Below, piece by piece: positions 1 through 10,250 of a stretch of 64,000 nt of DNA. The translations under genes were made by a program, and so were the position numbers. The DNA is from Chloroflexota bacterium (GTDB lineage Bacteria; Chloroflexota; UBA11872; VXOZ01): the NCBI GenBank assembly GCA_965221905.1, contig OZ244922.1, positions 1,920,001 through 1,984,000 of the forward strand. Reading direction: 5' to 3'. The notes beneath the pieces were generated by a model, which was given only the letters and a program-made list of their open reading frames with translations, was not told the origin of the DNA and did not search any database. The number at the start of each line of letters is the position of its first letter. Within the stretch, counting starts at the first letter, position 1.

Positions 1-165
1 GGGGCCCTTCCCCGTCTTGCGGTCTTAGTTTGGATAGACTCGTTCGAGGGCTGAGAGGAGGCACTGCTGGCGTCAGTTCGCTGACGAGAGAAGCTCGAGG
101 GACTAGAAGGCAGTCGCTTTCCACTTGGCGCGTTCAGACTTGTGCGGGCAATGGGCTTTAAAGCG

Positions 166-211
166 AAGCAACCAAGCCGGTCACTCTAGGTGGGCCGGCT
201 TGGTTGCTTTT
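166..211. terminator. Intrinsic terminator-like hairpin, probably bidirectional
   Basis: Perfect 15-bp stem AAGCAACCAAGCCGG (166-180)/CCGGCTTGGTTGCTT (195-209) followed by Ts, just past the stop of the minus-strand SBP gene. Confidence 0.8.
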
Positions 212-244
212 GTATCGACCTATCGGGACTGAGGTGGATCGCTC

Positions 245-1642
245 CTACTCGTTGTAGAACGCCTGAATGCCAGGTTCCTGGAGCACTATATCCCAGCGCG
301 CAGCCACGTTATCGAGCGCGTCGCGGGCGTCGAGTTCGCCGGCGCCTGCCTTCGCCAGCTCTTCTAGTATGATCGGGCGCATCTTGTCCCAGCCCGGAAT
401 CGGCTGTCGTCCGAGCCCAACATTCTGCAGATTGCGGAGCAAGCCGGACAAGAAGGCGTTTTCCTGCACGTAGGCGGCCTTGGATGCTACCGACACACGC
501 GGCGGCAAATAGAACGTCAGCTCATCATAGGCAATGAGCACGTCGTCCTCATGCACCGTGAGCAGCAAGTCCCAAACCACATCCGGGTTGTCGGTAGCCG
601 CGCCAATGCCCAGCCAGTCGTTGAACGAAAGGCTCACTGCACGCTTGTCGCCCATGGGCTCAGGCGCGACGAAGATCTCGTCGATATTTTCCGGAGCATC
701 TGTTGAGACGCGGCGGCCAATGGCGGCGTTACCCCAAATCATGGAGACGTAGCCGCCGGCGTAACCAGCGCCGTAGCCCTTGAATTCTGGACCTACGTAC
801 GATGAGCCGTGGGGATTGAATCCCAACTTGCGACGCAACTGGAATTCCAGTCCCGAGATCGCTTCAGGGCCGTTCACGAAACCGGATGCCTTGCCGTTGG
901 TGACCCATTGCACGCCGTTCGACTCGACGATGCCGTTCAATTCGGCTTCTTCGGGATCACGGGCCAAGTTTCCGGGGTTAAAGCCGTACCGCTCAATCTC
1001 CTTGCCCAACACCTTCCACTTTGTCATTGTGGTGGCGAAGTCGGCTTGATCGTCCATGGTCCATGCGGTAGGCGGCGTCAAACCTGCCTCAGCCATGTGG
1101 TCATCGCGGATCCAGTAGGAGCGATTGGCGGCCATCATGGGCATGCCTTGCAATTGCCCTTTGACGCGGACTGTATCCAGGGTGCTGGGCAGGAAGTCGG
1201 GCTCCATGCCCCACTGCGCAAAATACGGGTTCAGCGGGATAGCCAGCCCTACCATATAGATGGAAGGCGCGATAGCCTGACCCATCTTGAAGAGATCGGG
1301 CATTACGCCGGCAGCCAATCCAACCGAAAGTTCCACAAAGGTATGGGCCTGACCGCCCGTACGCGGCTTAAAGACAACCTCACCGTTGGGATACTTTGCC
1401 TGGAAACGTTCGTTCAGGATGCCTTCCACCCAGGGTTGCCAGCGGCCGCCGTCCTGTACGCTCAGCTTCACTTCCTGGGTCTTCGGTCCCGCTTCCGCAG
1501 CCGGCTCCGCGGCCTTTGGCTGGTCGCCTTCCATCTCCGTGGACTGCGTTTGCGTCTGTCCGCACGCAGCCAGCAGCCCAAATGCGCCGGTAGCTGCGCT
1601 GGCGCCAAGAAGACCGCGGCGAGTAATGCGTGAATCTCTCAT
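245..1642 (-). CDS. ABC-type extracellular solute-binding lipoprotein (sugar-binding family 1-like), Tat signal
   Basis: TRRGLL twin-arginine, lipobox LAAC, Ala/Glu/Pro linker, AAGxxPD and G-x-P motifs; SD AAGGAG upstream. Confidence 0.85.
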   Translation of the reverse strand: MRDSRITRRGLLGASAATGAFGLLAACGQTQTQSTEMEGDQPKAAEPAAEAGPKTQEVKLSVQDGGRWQPWVEGILNERFQAKYPNGEVVFKPRTGGQAHTFVELSVGLAAGVMPDLFKMGQAIAPSIYMVGLAIPLNPYFAQWGMEPDFLPSTLDTVRVKGQLQGMPMMAANRSYWIRDDHMAEAGLTPPTAWTMDDQADFATTMTKWKVLGKEIERYGFNPGNLARDPEEAELNGIVESNGVQWVTNGKASGFVNGPEAISGLEFQLRRKLGFNPHGSSYVGPEFKGYGAGYAGGYVSMIWGNAAIGRRVSTDAPENIDEIFVAPEPMGDKRAVSLSFNDWLGIGAATDNPDVVWDLLLTVHEDDVLIAYDELTFYLPPRVSVASKAAYVQENAFLSGLLRNLQNVGLGRQPIPGWDKMRPIILEELAKAGAGELDARDALDNVAARWDIVLQEPGIQAFYNE

Positions 1643-1986
1643 CGTGCGTCACTCCTTTAGAGGTGCTCTGAGCTATCTTCCCGATTACCTAGCTGCGATT
1701 GGCGCTGAAGTCGGCACAATCACTGCATTGGCTGCAATATACACAATCAAGAACTTGTGGTCAAGAGTGCTCAAAGTGAGGGCTACTTGGAATTCGACTG
1801 CCAGTGGGCAGCGCCTGTTCAGTGTTTTTTATAGCTCCGTGAATTGCCAGCGATGAGTGCGGGCAATCCGGTCAAGGGACTATTGGATACTAGCCTCCAC
1901 CATTCGCCTCGTTGTTTGCCTCGATGCATGTGCCCTGCTACACTCATGCCAGCATTGAGCAAACGCAGGATAAGGAGTGAGCGTGT

Positions 1987-3138
1987 ATGGCGGTCCACAC
2001 CTTTGTGGTACCTACGAGAGTGCTCAGCGGACCCGGTGCCGTAGCGGAGATTGGTCCAACGCTGTCGGCTGAAGGTCACAAGAGAATACTCATTGTCACA
2101 GACGAAGGCATCGTCAATGCCGGACTGCTCGCTCCGGTCACACGTTCATTGCAAGGCGCCAGTGTCGCAGCAACTGTCTTCGATCAGGTAAGAGCTGACC
2201 CGGAAGAAAGCATCGTTGAAGCGGTTGTCGCAGCCTATTACGCCGGCGATTGCGATGGACTGCTGGCAGTTGGCGGCGGCAGTTCGCTTGACGTAGCCAA
2301 GGCCGCAGGCGTACTCATTTCCAATGGCGGCTCTGTAGCTGACTACGATGGCTTCAATGCATTTGAAAACGACCTGCCGCCACTTTATGCGGTGCCAACA
2401 ACGGTGGGAACAGGGTCTGAGGTCACGTTCGCCGCAGTGATTACCCTACCTGATCGCCAATTCAAGATGTCCATAGTAAGCACGCGCCTAGCGCCGCGGG
2501 TGGCTTTCCTCGATCCCGAATTGCTGACCACGTTGCCGCCGCACGTGGTGGCTCACACCGGCATGGACGCGCTTACGCACGCGGTCGAGGGGGTCACTTC
2601 GCCCCTGGCTACGCCTTTCACCGATTCATTAAATCTCTACGCCATTCGACTCGTTAGCCGGCATCTACGCGCCGCCGTGGGTAACAGCGGCAACATGGAT
2701 GCAATCGGCAATATGCAGGCGGCAGCATGCATCGCCGGCATCGGCTTTTCACATTCTCGGCTTGGGATCGTTCACGCTATGGCCCATCCCGTGGGTGCGT
2801 ACCACCATCTTCCCCACGGTCTCAGCAATGCTCTGCTCCTTCCCCATGCACTCGCATTCAACCGCATCGCCTGTGAACCGCAGTTGGCGGCGGTTGCGCG
2901 TGAATTCGACGTGACACACGCCGGTCAGACCGAACGGGAGGCTGCGTTCGCCGCCATCGAAGCGATAAGAGCCTTGGAAGCCGACATTGGCATTCCTGCG
3001 TCAATGAGCGAGGCCGGCGTAACGGACGAGCACTTCGGCATTATCGTCCAGGATACATTCCGCAGCCGTAACATCGACATCAATCCCCGCCGGGTTACTC
3101 CTGAGAATATACGGCAGGTCCTCTACGATGCCCTCTAG
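1987..3138 (+). CDS. Iron-containing alcohol dehydrogenase
   Basis: GGGSSLDVAK, PTTVGTGSE, DALTHAVE, HAMAH and HG metal ligands; SD AAGGAG. Confidence 0.93.
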   Translation: MAVHTFVVPTRVLSGPGAVAEIGPTLSAEGHKRILIVTDEGIVNAGLLAPVTRSLQGASVAATVFDQVRADPEESIVEAVVAAYYAGDCDGLLAVGGGSSLDVAKAAGVLISNGGSVADYDGFNAFENDLPPLYAVPTTVGTGSEVTFAAVITLPDRQFKMSIVSTRLAPRVAFLDPELLTTLPPHVVAHTGMDALTHAVEGVTSPLATPFTDSLNLYAIRLVSRHLRAAVGNSGNMDAIGNMQAAACIAGIGFSHSRLGIVHAMAHPVGAYHHLPHGLSNALLLPHALAFNRIACEPQLAAVAREFDVTHAGQTEREAAFAAIEAIRALEADIGIPASMSEAGVTDEHFGIIVQDTFRSRNIDINPRRVTPENIRQVLYDAL

Positions 3139-3249
3139 CAGCAGCCCCGCAGCTTAGAGGTGAGTGGACAGCTTGCAGAGGTGACGACCGGCGCTAGTCG
3201 GTGCCGGAAAAATAGCCCGCCGCGCGTAGCCCTTGGATACTTGCCAACG

Positions 3250-4038
3250 TCATTCCAGCCGCCACTTTAGCGTCTTGACCACGATTGCTAACGACCCCAA
3301 GCCAAAGACCGCCAGGATCGCTAAGTCTGTGAGAAGCGCAACAGTAATTTCCGGTAGCAGAGCGGCGCGGAAGGCTTGAGCGGCATAGGTTGGGGGCAGT
3401 ATCATCCCCGTATACTGTAGTATCGCCGGAAGACGATCGTTTGGGATCATCACCGGGGCGAAGAACATGATGAAGAACATGGTCGCCTGGGCCACCAAGC
3501 CCGCGACGCGCCAGTTCGGGATGCCGAGGCCAATTGCCGCACCCACGCCGGCCAATGAGATCGCGCTGAGTGGAACGACGGCAAGCATGAGCGGATTGAG
3601 CGCAAGCGAGAAGCCAAAGTACCAACTTCCCACCAGCAGCGTAATTATCATTCCCGGTACGGCGGCCATGCCGTTGCCGGAGACTACTGCCAGGATAAAG
3701 GCCGTCTTGCTGATCGGCAGTGAAGCGTAGTAGAGGATGGCGCCGTTCCGTCTTGACTGAGCCATGTCTTGGGCGACCATCATGATACCGAGGGTGACGA
3801 GGGACATTACGGCTGCGCCCGAAACAAAGTAACGGCCTAACTCCGGTTCTCGGGAACCGGAGATAAATGAGAATGCAAAGACCATACCAAGATTGAGCAG
3901 TACTGAAATTGATAGTATCATCGTCAGCCACTGCCGGAATTCCAATACAATTACGGCAGTCAGATGAATGTAGTTTTGCCAAAAGTGACTCAGGCTATTC
4001 CACGCCGTATGCAAGCGTGTACTGCTGGAACTTGTCAT
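3250..4038 (-). CDS. ABC-2 type exporter permease
   Basis: Six hydrophobic segments, FAPVMIP..LP..PPTYA C-terminal pattern; directly downstream of an ABC ATPase. Confidence 0.85.
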   Translation of the reverse strand: MTSSSSTRLHTAWNSLSHFWQNYIHLTAVIVLEFRQWLTMILSISVLLNLGMVFAFSFISGSREPELGRYFVSGAAVMSLVTLGIMMVAQDMAQSRRNGAILYYASLPISKTAFILAVVSGNGMAAVPGMIITLLVGSWYFGFSLALNPLMLAVVPLSAISLAGVGAAIGLGIPNWRVAGLVAQATMFFIMFFAPVMIPNDRLPAILQYTGMILPPTYAAQAFRAALLPEITVALLTDLAILAVFGLGSLAIVVKTLKWRLE

Positions 4039-4053
4039 AAATTCACTTTCACA

Positions 4054-5085
4054 CTAGACTCGATTAGCGCCGACCCGGTCTGGGTTAGACGACTGTGTTG
4101 GTTCTTCACTTTCCGTATCCTTGAGGGAACGGCCAACGACTTCAACATACACATCCTCGAGGGAAGCCGTCGCCAAACGAAAGTCCTCTACCGCATCTGC
4201 ACCGATCTCAGCCAGGACTAGGTCTATGGTCTGCCCTACTCGTGCTTGCGGAACCCGCAATAGGACGTGTTGCGGTCGTGATTGATGCAGGGTGCCGAGC
4301 GTACTCAGTTTTGATTCCTGGGCTCTCGATAGCTCGGCGCCGTCCCGCAGCCAGAGTTCAAGACGGATTGTGTCGCCCAGGCGGCCCTTCATGGCGCCGG
4401 GCGTGCCTTCGGCGAGGACCCGTCCCTCATCAATAAGGGCAATTCTGTCCACTACTCTCTCGGCCTCGAGGACATTGTGCGTTACCAAGAGGCAGGCAGC
4501 GCCTTCATAGGTTACCGCCTGGCGGATGGCTTCCCAAACTGCTCGCCGTCGCAGCGGATCGAGATCATTCGTGGGTTCGTCGAGCACCAGAAGCGGCGGG
4601 CTGCCGAGTAGGGCCATGATGAAGCCCGTCATTCGTTGCATGCCGCCGGAGAGCTGGTTGATTGGTTTTCGCCTAATCTCATCGACCTCAAACTGCTCTA
4701 TGTACAGGTCGCGCTGGCGCAGTGTTTCCTTGTGCGGGAGGCCCTTGAGGCGGCCTGTGAAGTAGATGGCTTCTTCCGCCAGTAAGTCGCGCATTGCAAA
4801 CGATGTCTGCGGCAGGTAGCCAATCATGCGCTTGACGCGTTCGGGATCACGCTCCGCGTCTACACCAAATACCCAGACGCTACCCGAAGTGGGCCGGACG
4901 AGACCCATGACTTGCTGGACAAACGTGCTCTTACCTGCGCCATTAGGGCCTAAGAGGCCGTAGACCTGACCGCGACGCATGGCTACATTCAATTTGTCAT
5001 TGGCAAGCACACCATTGCGGTAGACTTTTGTTAGTTCCGTTGCCTCTACAGCAAGGCCAGGGGTTTTCAAGCGCAGGCTCCTCAA
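4054..5085 (-). CDS. ABC exporter ATP-binding protein (DrrA-like)
   Basis: GPNGAGKS, LSGGMQR, LVLDEPT and THN motifs. Confidence 0.93.
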   Translation of the reverse strand: MRSLRLKTPGLAVEATELTKVYRNGVLANDKLNVAMRRGQVYGLLGPNGAGKSTFVQQVMGLVRPTSGSVWVFGVDAERDPERVKRMIGYLPQTSFAMRDLLAEEAIYFTGRLKGLPHKETLRQRDLYIEQFEVDEIRRKPINQLSGGMQRMTGFIMALLGSPPLLVLDEPTNDLDPLRRRAVWEAIRQAVTYEGAACLLVTHNVLEAERVVDRIALIDEGRVLAEGTPGAMKGRLGDTIRLELWLRDGAELSRAQESKLSTLGTLHQSRPQHVLLRVPQARVGQTIDLVLAEIGADAVEDFRLATASLEDVYVEVVGRSLKDTESEEPTQSSNPDRVGANRV

Positions 5086-5206
5086 TGTGATCGCAATCTA
5101 TCGCCACGTACCTTTAACCACTGTACCGCCTTGTGCCATGTCGCTCCAAGTCGAGGTGAATCAAGGCTATGCCGGCACTGCGTCGCACCGGGATAGTCGG
5201 GGCCGA

Positions 5207-5610
5207 TCACTTGACCGAAATCGGATGAGGCAGCGGTTGGTTGAAGAGATAGCCCTTTTCATTGAAGGGAATTGAATCCGGTTGGGTATTGCCTGCCGCG
5301 TCCGTGGCGCGGGTCATGAGGGTGTGCTCGCCTGCTCGAGCATCCCAGGCAAACTCAAAGCGTGCCCAAGAGTACTGGATCTGCGGTTCCAGCACCCTGG
5401 CTTCAATCCAGGTTGCGCCGGCATCGACGCTCCAGTCCACTCTTGTTATTGCGCCAAACGGAGAGTGAGCATAGCCGTGCAGGCGGTGTGGGCCGACGCT
5501 CAGTTCGGCAGGCCAGGGCAGCGCAAGCGCACTCTTGATCACCTGAGTAGTATTCACCTTGCCAGTTGTTTCACCCTCTGTCGGATATGCATCGCCAATG
5601 AACCCTTGCA
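5207..5610 (-). pseudogene. 5'-truncated sulfite oxidase/molybdopterin oxidoreductase (C-terminal dimerisation domain only)
   Basis: LHGYAHS..ITRVDWSVDAGATW..WARFEFAW..TRATDAAGNTQP..FNEKGYLFN; frame extends upstream (FIGDAYPTEG) only to a TAA near 5628; Moco-binding domain absent. Confidence 0.75.
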
Positions 5611-5698
5611 GGTATGGATATGCATTTTAAGGCCACAATTGCCGACAGAAAAAAGACCCCCAAACTTGGGGGTATAAGGCGCTTGTAAGGTGCCAGTA

Positions 5699-6163
5699 TC
5701 ATGGGTCCCGCGCCCACTTCGCCAGCGTCTTGTCCGGCGAGGCGAGTTCCTCGATCCCGGTGTAGTAGTAGTCTTGCCAACCCTCTTCGGGCAGCCCGGT
5801 GAACAGCATAAGATTTAGAGGATACATCCCGCTATCGGTCGCGGATCGCAAGTCATCTCGAAAGAGGAACGTGGGTTTACCCAGCGCAATGGCCATGCCT
5901 AGCTCGACCATCACCCCTTCATCGGGAGGAACGCCATTGATCACAGCGAAAATACCGTCGGCTGCCTCTACATCGCGAAAGTCGGCCTGGCCGATTTGGT
6001 ACGCCCAATCCGGTTGGGAGAAATCTACCTGATTGTTGCGTTCGAAAGGCTCCCATACTTCCAACCCAAGCTTCTCCAGCGCCGCAATTAATGGGGGGAG
6101 CAGCAATGCCTTTTGCTGGGCAGAGAAGCCGTAAGGATTGGCGAGGTAGACGGTCTTTGCCAA
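5699..6163 (-). CDS. Nucleoside 2-deoxyribosyltransferase family protein
   Basis: VYLANPYGF, ADGIFA, PPDEGVMVELGMAIALGKP, NLML; TTG start with AGGAGG. Confidence 0.9.
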   Translation of the reverse strand: MAKTVYLANPYGFSAQQKALLLPPLIAALEKLGLEVWEPFERNNQVDFSQPDWAYQIGQADFRDVEAADGIFAVINGVPPDEGVMVELGMAIALGKPTFLFRDDLRSATDSGMYPLNLMLFTGLPEEGWQDYYYTGIEELASPDKTLAKWARDP

Positions 6164-6205
6164 TTCGTGCCTCCTAGGCCGAGGATAGTGTGTCCTCTTA
6201 GAGGC

Positions 6206-6628
6206 CTAGTTCGATGAATCGCGCAAGAGCTGGAACCCGGTGGAAATCAACAGAAGCGGAAGGGTAACGTCAATCACAACCCAGAGTTGGGTGTCACTGG
6301 TAGGAGGTTCGGCCCACTGAACGCCAAACCAATTCCACAACAGCGCCAGGAAGAGCGCGGCCGCAAAGTAGAAAACAAAGTTAGCTTCTAGGTACTCCCG
6401 GGTGACTGACTTATCGCCTGCGTCGGCATCCACGCGGCGCTTGCGGGTAAAGGCGACGATCAGGACGATTGCCAACCCGATGACTTGGAGGGGATCTAGG
6501 ATCTTCCACACTGGAAGGGATGCGTCCACCCATCCCGAATCGTAAAACCGCGTAGCGAGAAAATGCAGGGCGATTGCCGCCCCCAATACGAACGCGTATA
6601 GTGCCGCCAGGCGCTCGAGCGCTGCCAT
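6206..6628 (-). CDS. Hypothetical 4-TM membrane protein
   Basis: Four hydrophobic helices, ATG with purine-rich SD. Confidence 0.7.
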   Translation of the reverse strand: MAALERLAALYAFVLGAAIALHFLATRFYDSGWVDASLPVWKILDPLQVIGLAIVLIVAFTRKRRVDADAGDKSVTREYLEANFVFYFAAALFLALLWNWFGVQWAEPPTSDTQLWVVIDVTLPLLLISTGFQLLRDSSN

Positions 6629-6690
6629 GCTGAACCTTCCCTACAGCACAGAAACACAAACGAGCCGAAGGTGTGAAGAACGAACTGAAT

Positions 6691-6765
6691 TGGTAGCGGG
6701 GGAGGGATTCGAACCCTCGACCTTCAGGTTATGAGCCTGACGAGCTGCCACTGCTCCACCCCGCG
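6691..6765 (-). tRNA. tRNA-fMet (CAT), initiator
   Basis: Reverse complement CGCGGGG...CTCATAA...TTCGAAT...CCCCGCTACCA; unpaired position 1:72 as in initiator tRNAs; CCA encoded. Confidence 0.95.
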
Positions 6766-6805
6766 TCGCATACGCATTGTAAATGCGTCCGCATCTCAGA
6801 TGCGT

Positions 6806-7130
6806 GTTGAGTAGACCGATAAGCCCCATTCTGTCGCGGACAGCCATCTATCTTGGGCTGCAGGTTACGCTGCGCCTCTTTGCGGCCTACCTGGGACTAA
6901 GCGAGCAACCTCACCGTCCCGCGCTTGGCCTTGCTCCGGGTAGAGGTTACCCTTTTCACTCCGGTCGACACCGCTTGTCGCCGCGCCGGCCGGCATTGGT
7001 CTCTGTGGCCCTATTCCTCGCCTCGCGGCGGACGGGTGTTACCCGCTACCCTGCTCTATGGAGTGGGGACTTTCCTCACGGTGACCATACTAAGTATATG
7101 ATCGATGCGCGGCTGTCTAGTCTACTCAGC
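6806..7130 (-). ncRNA. rnpB: RNase P RNA
   Basis: GAGGAAAGTCCCC and ACAGAATGGGGCTTAT (P4 partners); P1 stem GCTGAGTAGAC/GTCTACTCAAC; TGnTATAGT extended -10 at 7138-7146. Confidence 0.95.
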
Positions 7131-7286
7131 ATTTGTCACTATAGCACGGCGTACCGCGGCACACAACCGAAGTACGTGGATAGGGTGGAGAGGAAAGGTG
7201 GGAACGAAGATAGGAGCGGGCAATGGACAGCTACTTGGATGGGGAAGAGATGATCACACTTGCGGGGTCTGTATGCTTGCTTGTTG

Positions 7287-7525
7287 GAGACCCCCGTATC
7301 CGGGGTACGGGGCATGCGCGGACTTGCAGCCCGATGCATAGCTCTGTCTTTCCGGCGAAAGCCGGAAACCAGGGGGAGGCGGAAAGTGTTTGGAAACTTG
7401 GAGTGAGGCCCTTTTCATCCTCATCCCCATCTTCCCCCTTGACGGGGGAAGGGGCATCGCAAAGGTTTCCGTAGGGAGATGGCTGGGGGGATAGAAAAGA
7501 AGAACCCCTCATGTGGAGAGGGGTA
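7287..7525. repeat. Cluster of REP-like palindromes
   Basis: CCCCGTATCCGGGGTACGGGG, TTTCCGGCGAAAGCCGGAAA, CTTCCCCCTTGACGGGGGAAG and CCCCTC..GAGGGG hairpins in non-coding DNA. Confidence 0.6.
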
Positions 7526-7656
7526 GATTGGTTAGGAGAGTGTCTGGAATGGTGAAAGGTGGCTGGGTTAGCAGGTGGAGGGTGATGAAGGGGGTGTAAG
7601 TTGGAGAGGTTGGGAAAGCATTTAGATGGGACAGGAGGTCATGGGTAGTAAACCCT

Positions 7657-9190
<1,534 letters not shown>

Positions 9191-9285
9191 AAAGGGATAA
9201 CAGAATAACTGAAACCGCCTCATCCCGGAAAAGCTAGGCCCTCGCTCTCCTACGATAAACACCTTTACCTTCATCACTCTTCACC

Positions 9286-9352
9286 TGTTAAAGAACCACC
9301 TGCTAATAAACAGGCAAAAATCATCTTACCACCCCTGCTGCTTAACCGTCAA
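9286..9352 (-). promoter_or_regulatory. rRNA promoter and boxA antiterminator
   Basis: Minus strand TTGACG-18-TAAGAT with TGn extension (9352-9323); boxA-like GTTCTTTAACA (9296-9286). Confidence 0.7.
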
Positions 9353-9833
9353 CTGCGTTTGGCATATTATCCTCGAGTGATTTCCCAGCTTTCGAGAGCC
9401 GTTGTGTCGGCCGGGTATTGTGCACAGCGTTGGCCGATAGCAGGAGGCTCTGAAGCCGACAGTGGAGCGTTATCGGCACACGAGCGTGCAGTAGCCAAAC
9501 CAAGCAAACGCTGCCTCTGCCGGGCGCAAGAGACTCACGACTTCCTGGGGTGCAGCCTGTTGCCTACACTATCCGGCTGCTGGTCGGTGAGATTCTGGAC
9601 CGGCAAATCACGCCGCTCTGGCAAGTGCCGGCGGATGCGCGTGGCAGACCGACGGTAGTGAGGAATCACGACTGTGGATTACCAAGACGCACGCTGGCCG
9701 CGAGCGCGGCATGTCAAGGAAAGCACGTCCCTATCCAAGGGATACCGGCGAGCATCGCCCCGTGCTGAAGCGGGGCGCCTTGAGGTGCCTGCAGACGATT
9801 AGTGTAATCGTAGCTAACGAGCGCCCCTCCCAC

Positions 9834-9861
9834 TTGACAACGTGCGGTGAAGAGATACAAT
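9834..9861 (+). promoter_or_regulatory. Sigma70-like promoter upstream of the long SBP leader
   Basis: TTGACA-16 nt-TACAAT. Confidence 0.55.
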
Positions 9862-10250
9862 GTCTTTGTCAGGAGGAAGTCGTACATTGCGTCCGGTTTT
9901 CGTCAATATGGAGGATTTCGGCTTTATGTCTGTACGCCGGGGAACGCCCCAGGCTTTTTCTCCCGCGGGAGCCGGACGACTGGTTCTAGGAAGACTTGCT
10001 TTGGCCAATGCCGGCAGGGAAGACGTAAATGTGGTATATCGATGCGACCGTCGAACCGCAAGAGACTACGTGGCGAAACCACAGCGTGATGGCGACCAGC
10101 GCGAAGACGCAGCGTTAGAAGAAAGGAGGTGAACCTGCAAGGTAACGGTCGTCTGTGCGCAGATACAGCAAGTCTCTTGCGAAACACAAGCTAGGCTTGT
10201 TTGTCCTCCGAATTGAACGCTAGCAGTTTGCCCCACGGGGAGGTTGTGGT

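Noticed and set aside
9359-9770. Short ORFs upstream of the 16S promoter
   Set aside because: No recognisable motifs or SD; may be a gene remnant but cannot be supported.
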